A DNA stretch of 64,000 nt. It comes from Auanema rhodensis (lineage: Eukaryota > Animalia > Nematoda). The position numbers and the translations under genes are program-made. Of this stretch, positions 24,986-37,683 are shown one piece after another. The stretch lies in the NCBI GenBank assembly GCA_964057225.1, contig OZ059894.1, positions 17,918,001 to 17,982,000 of the forward strand, read 5' to 3'. A model generated the notes under the pieces. That model was not told where the DNA came from and ran no database searches. It worked only from the letters and a program-made list of their open reading frames with translations. Position 1 is the stretch's first letter. Each line of letters begins with the position of its first letter.

Positions 24986-27900
24986 TTAATAAACAGGACT
25001 CGTTTCTCTTGTAGTATGTTCATCATCACTACTGTTATTAGTTGTGACATCTTCTTCGTTAGCTTCCGTTGATCCTGATCCTTCACTTTCCTTTTCTTCT
25101 TCATTAACAATTTCTTCTCCCTATAATCAGTATACAATATATAGATACATGTTTGTCACAAACGTCAATGTTTCGGCTTTTAAGAAGTCCAATTTCAAAA
25201 GCTTGATGACATTCAATTCCAACGAAAACTTTTTGGACAGTTCTCATAAACAGTTCATTAGCAGCACGTAGTTCTGGAAGTCCCTTGAGAAGAGCAGCGG
25301 ATTTAACCGTCTGAAAATATTAATATCCATTATTTGAGCTGAATTGCTTATTTACTTTAGCATAAACTCCAATATTTTGCAGAGTTCTATTTCCAATTTG
25401 AACGCTCTTAATTACTGCACTTAATTCAGTTGCGACCGATCGTGCCCGAGTACGATCTTGAGTTATAAATATAAAACTACTGAAATGAGAGCGTATTAAT
25501 ACAAAAAAAAAATTATAATCAACCTATTTTTATGAAAGAGAAGATTCAAAAATTGACGACCTTCTTTCACGGCAGATGTCAGAACAACAGCATTACGCAC
25601 TGATTTAACACGAAGGATTAAACCTAATAGAGAAAAAGAATTGGCTGCATTTTGCCAGTCAGCAACAACCTGGAATATTTTCAAAATTATGATAAATTCA
25701 AAGAGAACAATATACTTTTGCCGTTTTTACTGTTCCACATCTGATTTCATCCGAACGAGATGCCATCAAATAAGAAGATACTGACGTATTTAAACAGGAA
25801 AATAAAACTTTGTAAATCCCAAAGATAGTAGTCCTAAATCACGACTATGAAAAAAGTCACACTGTGAAAATTTACTTATTGAAACAATGAAATATAGAGT
25901 TTTTATCAAGTTCACTCAGCTCTGGATCTCCTGATTTTTCATAAGCAGCCATTTTACTTTTTCGACGTTCGCCATCCGGTAACTGAAAAAATACACGTAC
26001 TCAGTACAGAGAAGATGTTTTATTACCAATTCCGCAACTTTGTTTGCAATCAGCCATTGTATGCAACTGAGACGGGCACTTTCTGGGCGGAGATTAATAT
26101 AATGACTAAACTCGTATATAAAAGCTAAAAAACATGACAAAAACCAAAACCCTAGAATGGACTTTACAGCGTTGTTCAGAATTCCACCTTTCAATGGTTT
26201 GCCATCTGAATCGCTCCATTCACGTTTCAAAAAGCCCAGTGCATACTGCGCTAAAATCACACTTGTAATTATATTATATAATAAGTCTAACAAACCAGCT
26301 TTTTTTTTTAATTCGGGAGTCCATGAATTAAGAGAAACTATGATCTCCAAAATGACTATGGCTACCTAGATAAGAAAGTATAGTTGATGTGTATTACATT
26401 CATTGCAAAGATACTTGAATACTTGGAGCAGATTGAGCTATAGATACTAATGACGACAAAACTGATCTCTCAGCATCTTCTCCTTCTTCTTTCTACATAT
26501 ATATATATATATATATTTAGTTTTAATTTACATTTGAACATACTTGACTATTCAAATTGATAATTGTATGCTCAATTTTTTGCATTACGATGCTCCTTTT
26601 TTTTGCTCGAGATCGTTGAATTCGTGAACTTTCCGCTTTTCGTAAAGAAATATCCTTCCTAAATTTTTTTATTATCGATTCTATTCGAATAGTTATTGTA
26701 ACCAAGAAAATATGCTCAAAAGAACATCAAGGTCAGTTTTTAAAAGAAGAATCATATCTCCAGAAACCTGAAAAGAGCAACAGTTGTTAAATCAAATAAT
26801 AAGCATTGCCTCAGTATTCATATCATATACATCTGATGTATTCATATCTGCACGGAAAAATAAACTGGATGTCTCTAATACACGCCAGAGAACAGGAATA
26901 ACCTAAGTTTAGTTAAATGAAAATAGCAAATTTGCTTTGAAATAACCTCTAGAACTTGATCCCATATATGAGTATTATCGCCGTGGAAGCTAGATGTATC
27001 CGGTGTTCCAGAAACCTTAAACATAGAAAAAGTTAATTGATTCAACCTTCTCAAAGAAAAACCTTTGCAGCCCAGTGCCCAGTAGATGCATCTCGTTTTG
27101 GTAAAATTTGAAGAAATATATCATGTAATTCACTTAGAATAAAGGTTGTTGCTTTGCGTTTTTGATGAACATACTAAATCATAATGTTGAATGATCACTT
27201 AACTATGAATAAATATATCCACCTGAAGTAAGCGCACCATTGCGGATAACTTCAAACAACGAAAATGCTTATGAAGAGATGTGATTGCAACAATATTATT
27301 TCTGAAATATGTGATAATGGTTATTTTAAGCTTTATTTAAAAATAACCCGTCCGTAGAAAATGTAGCAGTTTCGTCGTCATCGAATACAGATTCATCCTA
27401 GAAACAAGTTTGCTGCTTGATCTCAATATGAATAGCATTCAGATCTTACGTTTTCTACTTTTGTCTCATTCAGGGTTTCATTAGGTCTGGCTGACTTTGC
27501 TCCTGTATCTTTCCTCTTGATTCCTCTTTTTTTCCCTCGTGCATCGGCTAACACTGTATAGATTGGCTCCCCAGGCAAGGAAGGAGTAGACCATGTTTTC
27601 ATAACTAAATTAAACTTGAGTTTAATAACTAATAGAGAATTACCTTCCAGTTTTGAAACCAACTCTCTTTGACAACACATAAGTAAAAAGAACTTCTGTT
27701 TCCATAGCTCTTCGAGCAACTCTGGAGACACGTCGGCTATATTCTTTTGGTCACAAAAAGTGTTCATTAACTAAAGAAAAGTAGCATTATTTAAAATAAG
27801 AGATAGATTACAGTTCGAATCCATTGAATTACGTGATATAACTTATCTAGCCCCGATGAGAGTAAGTGTTTATCACAAGTTGTATCAGTTGGAAAATCAG

Positions 27901-30900
27901 AAAGATCAACATTCGCCTCTGAGTTCATTTATAAGAAAATTTGAAAACATTATATATTCAGACTAACCAAATGCAAAAAAGAATGAAGAAAAATGATTAT
28001 TCACTGCAGATTGTGTATCCTCATCTGTATTCCAGTATCTTTTTAATAATGCAGCTTGCTAAACAAAGTTAAAGAGAGTTTGATATTTGGAGAGTCGTCT
28101 AGAACCTTTAATAACTCAAATAATGGAACAGCTTCTGCGAACTTTTCACTGCTGCCACTAATCCAAATATTCGATTTCTTGTTAACAAACTTGTCACATT
28201 CCAAATCGCTGAACATGATATAGAAAAAAAACAGAATTTTTTATATTTAGCAAACTTGAAAGCAACATAATCCGAAGGTCTTTCAATAAAGAATTCACTC
28301 CTGAATTTTGTGAATAAATCATTTGTATATGCTAGCTAAAATGGTAAGATTGCATAATAGAATAGATAAAATGCCTACTAGTGTTTCTGATCTGATACTT
28401 TTCAAATTATTTTTTATTACAATGCTCATTTGTTGATAGAAGAGGCTTCGTACAGTACAGGATTGATCAGTTGCTTTTCTTAACTGCTCAAGCTTGTTCC
28501 TGATTTTATTCTCTCTATCTGCCTCACTATAATAATACATTAATTCTTCAAAGCGCAAGTCACGTGCTTTTCAATTAAACTATGATCTAATTGTACCAGC
28601 ATTCCCAAAATACCCCATATTTGCTCTTTTTCATTAACAGAACATAACATCTTTCCGATTGACTCTTGGACATCTCTCTATAAAATAAAATAAATCGCAT
28701 ATAAATACCAGGAAAAAGGTTACCTTTAGTTTTTTCTGTCCAGGTTCTTTTGTGTAAATTGTAATCAAAATTTTAAACAAGCGCTTGATATTATCATAGC
28801 TAAGAAGGTCAATGAGATCCAAACTTTTCTGGAATATGGATGCTATAACCTATCAGATCGACTAGCAATTACATGTAAATCGGATACAGATGGTAGAAGG
28901 CTTTCCAAATTTTTCTCCACTAGAATATCCAGAGTTGACAAAATTACTTCTGCTTCATTATCGGAAACTGATAGATGGCTTAACATTGAGTCAATCACAA
29001 TTTGACGATGTTTTTCCACAGTGGTAAATAGCTGTCTATATATGAATCCTCCGAAGCAGCGGATTTCATTTAGTGGAGACCAAATGCAATTTTTGGCAAC
29101 TGTCATCCAAGATGTTAAATATTTAGATGAAAACTAAAGATATTACTTCCTTTATCAGCATATATATTAAAATAACCTTCTTAAACTTCATAGCTATTGC
29201 ACATATATCCAGCATACGGTCCAATTCAGCCGGATTAATTTGGTTTGTTAAGTAAGATAGTACAGAAGAAGGACAATTTTCCATTGATCTGAGAGCTAAT
29301 ATCAGCATAATATGAAACGCCGTATATGTCTAAAATACAAAAAAAATATACCAGATAATAAATAAAACCAACTGATTTTGATGTTGGAGCTGCATCGTCA
29401 GATTTCAAAGAAGAAGGCTCAGATTCAGTGGCTGGCCCATCTTGGGAACTGAAAATAGAAAATTGTCTGAATAGTAAGCGGAAGCGTTTAACCGAAGAAA
29501 GCATGAAATTTCTCTCCAACCACGAGCTCCTTCTAACTGTACATATCGGCAAATAACATCGAATGTATTGATGATAACATCATCGATAGAAACTCGACTA
29601 AAAAAATAGGAATAAATTCGCATTTCCATCAACTTACTTATTGCTGTTCCTACCGATTCTTAAATCTTCAATTTGTAAGTATTTATCAACATCTTGTAAG
29701 AGTTGACTAGATAATAGAATGATATAGTATCGGTTAAAATTCAATATACCTGAATGTGTTAGAAGTTGATGACAAAGTTTGGATGCAGAACGAAAGAGTG
29801 TCGGGAATGTTTACAGCTTCAAATGTCATAATGTGTTTACATAAACTGATTCGTATCTTAAAATTCAATTTTACTTAACAATAAACATAGCAATTGCTCA
29901 CCTGTGTAGAGATTTTCTCAGGTAATCTAAGAAGACATAACGTACTTAATACAGCAGATTGGAAACTGGCAGGCTCTTTTGTAGTTTCCATTAAAACAAA
30001 ATCCTGAAAAAGTAACATATAGATATAAGCGTGTAGTATAGCAAACCAAAAGTTGTGAAGCAACATGCCCATGTGTCAAAGGATCAACCAAAACCTCAAA
30101 AAAAAGATGTTTTTCTACTTATAATACAAGCTACCTCTGGTAAACATTCAATTAAGGTATCGCGTGGTTCTGGTGACCATTTATTTATATCTCTGTAATT
30201 ATCAACTATAGAACATTGATAAACTGTTAAATACTTGTCGAATATAGGTGCCAAGAATGCGTTGTTATCATAAATATGCTCTAGGTATCGGATCTGATGA
30301 ATACAAGCTGCCGCAGTCTGACCATCTGATGAACCAGTTCTGAATACTCGATTTATCAAAAAATCCACGAGTGAATTAACTTAGTAGCAAAAATGTTAGC
30401 GTTGTTGATGATAATTTCCACAATTTTTGTTTGAATGTTTTCACACAGAAGTAGACATCTAAACATTGTATCTTGTTCACCTGTGTTTCTAAAAGAATCA
30501 GAATTTTTAATGTGATGAGCCTCAGAATTTTACGTTGTGATTGGTGATAGATATAGCTTGAGCATTGGCTCTTGTTGAGTTACATCTTCTAAGACTTCAA
30601 TTAATTCTTCCCTCAACTAAATAATGAGTAATTTACTACAAACAGCATTTATTTTTAACCTCTCTATCCCTGAATGCTTTGTTCAATTCAACAGTTAAAA
30701 AACTAGTGGTTCCAGGCTCCCCTTTAATAACTTTTCAACTTTAAATATAAAGGAAGATATTACCTGAATAATGAAAAGTGTGTTTATAGTTTTCATCTTG
30801 CTTTAAAATCACTTTTTTTGATTTCAAAAACTCTTCAAATTTATTTCGGGGTTGTACAACCTCCGAATATTCCTTGGTGAATGCATTACTTCTGAATTTT

Positions 30901-31117
30901 AATCATCACCACCATAAAAACAGTAATATTAACCTTTGAGTTCTCTGACTAAATCTAAGTAATCCTTCAGAAACTCTTTGGGATAGTGGAAGCTTGGTTT
31001 GTGCTTCAATGCGACTAGGATCTGAATCAAACTAGAACTAAATAAGCTCAAAACAAGCTTGCCTTTAAACTTGGGGTTTGAGTCCAGATCTAAGAAAAAA
31101 TCATCACTGTCTTGCAT
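24986..31117 (-). CDS. fcd-2: Fanconi anemia group D2 protein
   Basis: Long multi-exon helical protein; ubiquitination-site motif DVQESIGKMLCSVNEKEQIWGILG (K codon 28651-28653, aligns with human IRKQLSS K561); C-terminal EGRQFL...RTLQNIGVYAK...AFEIGLLKSRNIDGEEI; acidic tail; TAA 24986-24988. Confidence 0.92.
26497..26516. repeat. (AT)n microsatellite in an fcd-2 intron next to the acceptor
   Basis: atatatatatatatatatat. Confidence 0.85.
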
Positions 31118-31354
31118 TTTTTATTCAGCTTGAAACACAATTGTAATATGTACTTTAAAAATTAATGTTTGAAGATTAAAGCTTCGCGCGTTCGTTGGAT
31201 GTTAATTAGCAATGGTCCATGTATGTAATATGGCATTTGCTTATACCTGTCAATTTCATTTTATTATTATTTTTTGTAGATTAATGTAATAAATTTTTAT
31301 AATGTTGATAGCATCTCTTGTTGAAAATATTATGTACATTTTATTTGCAGATGA
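31118..31354. promoter_or_regulatory. Compact bidirectional promoter fcd-2 / crls-1 with E2F-like TTCGCGCG
   Basis: Only ~237 bp between divergent ATGs; both genes have acceptors next to the ATG; ttcgcgcg at 31183-31190 is the only CG cluster in the interval. Confidence 0.6.
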
Positions 31355-32496
31355 ATGATGCTGAGGATCGTGCAAGGTAGGGGGATGATTAAAGCAACTA
31401 CAAGTTGCTTTTTTTCCAAATCATGCTTTGGATCAAATTTGCTGTCACATTTTAATCATATAAAACTTACTGGTACAACAGTTATAAGGTTTGGTTTTGA
31501 TCTTTCATGCCAATTATCTTTTTAAATTAAGGTTGTGTTCAAATGTAAATAGCCAAGAAAATACTTCAGCAATTGATCCAGGAAAATACAAAATTGTTAC
31601 GGTTCCTAATGGTCTATGTGTTTTGAGGTGATTAAACGTTTTAGATTTCCAATTTCATTTAAAATAATATATCAAACATTATCTTATACACAACTGCTTC
31701 AATGTATCACATAATGAAGGAACAGATCAGCTGTATTTTTTATGATAATTTGAATGAAATATTTTAAAGGATATCAGCAACACCGTTAATTGGATACCTT
31801 GTTGTCCATGAACATTTTTCACCAGCTTTTGTTTTATTCGCTATAGCTGGGATAACAGACATGGTATGCTTTATTTTTTATTTATAAATGTTTAATATTT
31901 TCATCTTCAGCTTGATGGATACATTGCAAGGAATGTCCCTGGTCAAAAATCACTTTTGGGATCTGTATTAGATCCTATAGCTGACAAGCTGTTAATATCA
32001 ATTATGTTTGTTACTATGACTCATGCTGGTCTCATACCTCGTAAGTTAGATTTTTTATAAAGTACTCAAAATTCTTTATAGTTCCTCTAACTGCTGTAGT
32101 TCTGCTACGTGATATTTGCCTGATTTTTGGAGGGTTTTACAAGCGTTTCAAAACGATGGAACCTCCTTATTCTCTGAACAGATTTTTCAATCCTGAAGTT
32201 TCATCAATGCAGGTTGTTCCAACTTTAACAAGCAAGGTAGGTTTTTTTAATCGAAGAAATAGTCCACAGTAATTGATTTTAGATTAATACGGTCTTACAG
32301 CTGGGCGTTGTTGCATTATCCTTAGCTTCGCCAGTGTTCGAGTTCGGAACTCATAGCCAAAATTTCATAACTGCTTTGAGGTATCCTTGAAATATGAATA
32401 ATTTAATTTTACAATTTTTTTAGTTGCATTACGGCTGCAACAACCATCTATTCAGGATTTCAGTATGCTAGCGGAAAAGCGTTCAAGAAACTCTAA
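31355..32496 (+). CDS. crls-1: Cardiolipin synthase (CDP-alcohol phosphatidyltransferase)
   Basis: Basic, acid-free N-terminus (mitochondrial presequence-like); [11 protein letters not shown]; signature [31 protein letters not shown]; PTLTSKINTVLQ; TAA 32494-32496. Confidence 0.95.
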
Positions 32497-34854
32497 ATTG
32501 TTTATTTCGTTAATAGGCTTTGAATATTGCTCAAGTTTTATATGTTGTTATTATTCTGTTATAAATATATTTTTGAATTATAATACGATTTATGAATAAT
32601 TTTTGAATAACCTAATGTAGCGTTGTTTACATCATAAGATAACAAGAACCCGCTGACCCGACCTGTCCTATCGAGGAGTTCTGTCAAGGAAATGTCTCTT
32701 TCTCTTAGTATTTTGATGCTTTGCTCTTTGAAATGAGAGCAGTATAAGACATTCTATAATTTTTGAATTGATTGTTTGTGATACCTCGTCCAACCGGTCA
32801 AAGAGTGTTTGTGACGTACTGAGATGAAGAAGTTCATAATAATAATTTTCAGATATGATGATCTTAAAACAGGATTAGTCGTTCCCTTAGCAAAGATTTG
32901 CCCAAAACAGATTTCGAGACAATAAAATATGAATTATAATCGACAATTGAACTTTCGCTGTAAATATTTTACTAATAGAGTGACAATTTGCTACTATTAA
33001 TGTTGAGCGAATGAAGTACACTGTTTTTAAAATATTTATGTGTGAATCTCTTTGGATCATCTTTTTGTCTTTTTTCTCGTATTTATGCGTGTATGATCGT
33101 TATCAAATTACTGTAAGAATAAGCGTAAAACTTGGCGAACAAGCTATTCTTTCAGTTTCTTAAAAGCTTTGATGTATAGGATATTTGCTGAAAAGACGCA
33201 GAAAAGTGGAAGGGTGGAGTTTTGATGGCCTTTGGATGAGTGTATACCTTTAGGATCGCGATGTGATTTGTGTTTTACCATCTCGCCTCTCTAAATCCCA
33301 ACAATCTCTCTTTAACTTCTTATCCCAGATGCTATAAGGAATAGGATAGGAAGGTAAATGAGGGCGGAGCTAAAACTATCCTTAGTGAGTGCAGTTGTAC
33401 CGGATCAGTGCATTATCCTACTTCACCCCAGACCGGCTTGCCTAGTAATTTCGCTGGCTATCCTTATTGCTCTCTTGCTCCCAGGCTTTGACGACCTGGT
33501 CATTGACTTGTGTCCGTCAAATATAAACATCAATCATACATTCTGATTCGTGTTCTTTATTTCCATCTAACAAAGCTACTTTCTATATAAAGAAATTTTA
33601 GGTGGAAATGACGATCCGGTTCTACTTTTCTTTGGATTATTTTCTTAATCATCAATTCGAAAATTTCTTAATCATCAATAAATGTGATTGAAAGAACTTT
33701 TCTCTTTTCTGAACTTAGTTTAAAAGTTTCATTATAACTTCGATCGTTACTCATTCTCTCTATTTTTGTCATATTTCCTACTCGAGGAAAGTTTGATGAT
33801 GAATCTTATCTTCTGTTTTATGTCTTTTCTGCCTAGCGGTTCTTTCTATTTGTGTAAAAAGAACTAGACTTCCGGAGACCAATTCTTACTTCAAAATTTT
33901 AGGATAAGGTGAAAAAAATCACTTTCTTGCCATATTCTAACTATTAGAAAAGTTTTAATTCTTTATTAATATTAGAATGTTTAAAAAATCGCAGGCATGC
34001 GATAAAAATTTTACTTATCTATGCTATTCTTTGCAATTTGGTCTTTAACGACATGTTTGCAGTGCATATGCAGTTTCAATTTTTGATACCAAATTTATAT
34101 GTGATAATCAAGAGGGAATTCATATTTTGCGATAGATGTTTGACCTTTTTGTTCAGGGAGAATAGCTAAATTAAGCATCAGTAAACAAGCCTAAATTTTC
34201 GGTTTTTCTAGTCGGCTAAATTCTGACCAATAGCCAGTTGCTTGGTTGCGATATGTTACACAAGACATTCAACAGCTAAAGAAATTGGCGTCACAATTTT
34301 CATAGATATCATTTTTAAAAAAATATTTGAGTGCTGACCTTAGCTTATCTTACTTTTTGGCATTTTGAACAAAGTTCACTTATACTTTTATATTGAATGA
34401 TAGTCTTAGTGAATTTATACATTGATCTTTTCTTTTTTTTTGCGATCAAAAATAAAAAGACGTTGTAGGACAGTAGATGGTGGGGGAGCAAATAACCTTT
34501 CATTCTCCCACTAAACGTTCTAATAGCCCCTTTTACTCATTTTTTGAGTGTTTATTTTATTTCAAATAAACATATTTTTTTGAAATAGAAAAGGCTGTGT
34601 TTAGAATTCTTTCCCATTTTTCTTTGTGTCGTTGAAATGCGGTGGTGCTGTGTGGTGAATGGGCGGACGACCATCTAATTGGCTGATAAAACGGATTACC
34701 TTGTCCATTTTACTGGCATTCTTCTCCACCATTAGACTGTCAAATATTCTCTTTAATTTTATTGCTATTTCATTCGTGTTATGTTCACATTTATTTTTTG
34801 TTGTGATTTTTACATGTCCGAAAAGTTAAAGACATAATTTTCTTCCGATTTCAG

Positions 34855-35325
34855 CTTTCTTCGCTTAAGCCAAGTTCATCGTCAACTTGCTTGAGCGTTT
34901 GAAACCAATCGACGGTCTCCTCGTTGCCAGAAAATCAAGTCAATTAATTCTCACATTGAACGGATAGCGGCTTCCGCATCCCAAAAGGTTAGCTAATTTT
35001 AGCATCCTGAAACTTCGATATATTTTGGCCGATCAAAAACATAACAAATATATGTTTGGTCTATCATCTATCTTCTTATGAACCTAGAGTTATATTCGTC
35101 ATTATACAGTGTTTTGAAGTGATGACGTAGTAACTACCACAACAGATCATGTTCATGAGTGGGGATAAAAGGACATTTGTGTTCAAAAAACAAAAAATAA
35201 AACATATATAATACTTAAGATTATAATTGAATCTTCAGGCTTCCGTGCGTCGACGACCCGGAACAGTTAACAGCTCCTGCTATTTCATTTTTGACCCACT
35301 CCGCTCCGGAAAGCCTCCTCCCTAA
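34855..35325 (+). promoter_or_regulatory. Spliced ODC 5' leader carrying an AUG-less uORF ending KPPP-stop
   Basis: Exon 34855-34987 (tttcag acceptor, AAG|gttagc donor) and exon from 35239 (cttcag) join in phase 0; stop-free frame from 34895 to TAA 35323-35325; no ATG in the spliced leader. Confidence 0.7.
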
Positions 35326-35343
35326 TTACCTCAAACTCCAATC

Positions 35344-36981
35344 ATGATTTCTAACATGGAACTTATCGGCGAGCACAAAGTAAGTCAAATGACATAACCT
35401 ATATAACGTCAAAGTTCATCCCCTTTATTTAAGGTTGGTATCTTGGACCACACCATCAATACTGTTGCTCTTGCTCGCGAAATCGCCAACAACAAAGATA
35501 CCCAAGAGAATGACGAGGCCTTCATGCTCATCAATTTGGACATAATTGTGGAACGTTTCCGATTATGGAAGAGAGAACTACCAATGGTCGAAGTAAGTAA
35601 TCAAACATCATAACAAAGCTCAAATTCAAATTTTAGCCTTTCTATGCTGTAAAATGCAACACTGATAAAGTTCTTGTTCGCGTTCTTGCTTCCCTTGGAA
35701 CAGGATTCGACTGTGCCAGTCGGGAAGAAATTGATATTGTAGGATTATTTATATAGCCTTTTCTTGATTATGCGCCTCTTTCTACAGGTTATGGATATGG
35801 GTGTTAACGCAGATAGAGTTATTTATGCAAATCCATGCAAAACTCGTTCTTTCATAGCACATGCTCGTGAACGAGAAGTCAAAATGATGACTTTCGATAA
35901 CTGTGAAGAACTCGAGAAAATAGCTAAAATATATCCTGATGCCGAGTTAGTTATATAGTTTATAATATGTGATTATAAGTTTAATTTCAGGTTGATTTTG
36001 CGCATTGCTGTCTCTGATCCTACAGCCACATGTCCATTGAACTTGAAGTTTGGTGCTGATCCCGTTTCTGCTGCTCCCCAACTTCTTAAACGAGCTCAAC
36101 AACTTGGAGTTAACGTTATTGGTATCAGTTTCCATGTCGGTTCTGGATGTAATGATGCTACGGCATACAACAACGCTATTGCACATTGCAGAACTCTTTT
36201 CGACATTGGTAGGTTTGCAAGACTCCTTAAGTATAAGACCAGTTATTTTCCAGGAAAAGGCCTTGGTTTCAACATGAAAGTTTTGGACATGGGTGGTGGG
36301 TTCCCTGGTGCCGATCATCATATGCCATTTGAAAAAGTTAGATAATTTATGATAGACAAGTTTAATTTATCATTTCTAGATAGCTGAAGTGATAAGAACA
36401 AGCCTCGAGGAGTATTTTCCTCTTGACCAAATCCGTTTCATTGCGGAGCCTGGCCGATTTTTCGCTGCTGGCCCATTCTCTCTGGTTTGCAATGTTATTC
36501 ATGCAACTGAGGTCCAGGCCGAGAAAATCTCAAAGAATTCCAACGACGCTGATAAAAAAGGAATGATGTACTATTTGAATGATGGAGTATATGGATCGTT
36601 CAACTGTATTCTTTTTGATCACGTTCAACCTGTTGGCCGTCCTCTGTTTGTAAGACATTCTTTTATTTTTTCAAAAAGCATTCTGCGCATTACAGAACAT
36701 TGAAACAGAAGAAGTATTAACAACTGTTTGGGGCCCAACATGCGATAGTATGGACAAAATCGAAGATATGAAAATTATGAACCGTCTCCGTGTAGGAGAT
36801 TGGGTTCTATATGAGAACATGGGTGCATACACTAGTGCTGCATCAACTACATTCAATGGTTTCCAAAGACCAACTCCTATCTATGTGATGGGTCGTAATC
36901 AATGGTAAATAAATCAAAATAGTTGATCAGTTTGAACTTGTTTATTTCAGGAAGAAAATTGCTAACTCATCTTATGTTTAA
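35344..36981 (+). CDS. odc-1: Ornithine decarboxylase
   Basis: PLP lysine PFYAVKCN; FDCAS; IYANPCK; KFGA; SFHVGSG; LDMGGGFPG; IAEPGRF; [10 protein letters not shown]; catalytic WGPTCDSMD; NMGAYT...FNGF; TAA 36979-36981. Confidence 0.98.
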
Positions 36982-37683
36982 TGCAGTGGAGGTTTTATAC
37001 CCAAGTTTATTTAATTGATTTGAGTATTTTAAAGCATTTCATTTAGTATGTATTTTAAAATAAATATTATTTATATTTGTCTAAATTTAACAATTTATAA
37101 TAATAATCATGAAAAGATTTACAGATTAATAATGTTTTGTGACGCAATTTTATCTCAATTCGATTTTCAAGACATCTAAGCTGCTTTCCTCGCATTTGCC
37201 CGTCATCCAGTGAGACAATGCTATTTTAATGAGAAATGTTTCTTCTTTCTATAGATAGACAAAACAGTTTATAAATAGAATTAGCTTTCAACTCTAGGAA
37301 CGATTTAAGCAGATTTCGATGTTCCAAGGTACTTACGTCAAAGTATTCAGATGGATGTTTAATCGTAACGTGGTCATTTAACTTGTATTGAAACAATGAA
37401 TCGGCTGACATTTATCAATATTTCATATTTATGTATTGATGTGTAGACATATTAATAATGAAATTTTTTTATCAAATAATTATTAAAAGACAATTATAAA
37501 TTGAAATAATTAACAAAGATTAGTTGAACAGACCCGTAGTTGTTGAAGCTTAATTTTCAAAGATGTAAGATAACCTGTACCATAACTGTTTTCTAGGAAC
37601 AAAACAATTGTTTGTTAGTATAATTAATTGGATTAATTAATTGTTAACTGTATTTGAATATTAATGAAAATATAGTTAGAGTG

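Noticed and set aside
26768-26830. Possible third GC-AG intron in fcd-2 (GAG|gcaatg)
   Set aside because: An in-phase canonical donor GAT|gtatat lies 18 nt upstream, so GC use is not required.
28375-28435. Apparent loss of the FANCD2 monoubiquitination lysine (MSIVIKNNLKS)
   Set aside because: A better match with the lysine intact (SIGKMLCS...WGILG) lies in the exon around 28600-28678.
35119-35200. C/D snoRNA in the odc-1 leader intron (GTGATGA box C)
   Set aside because: No downstream CTGA box D or terminal stem.
35947-36321. 124-aa antisense ORF over odc-1
   Set aside because: Shadow of a codon-biased exon; no independent coding features.
36991-37008. SL1/SL2-like sequence GGTTTTATACCCAAGTTT in the odc-1 3' UTR
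   Set aside because: No AG|GT donor or convincing Sm site follows; most likely chance similarity.
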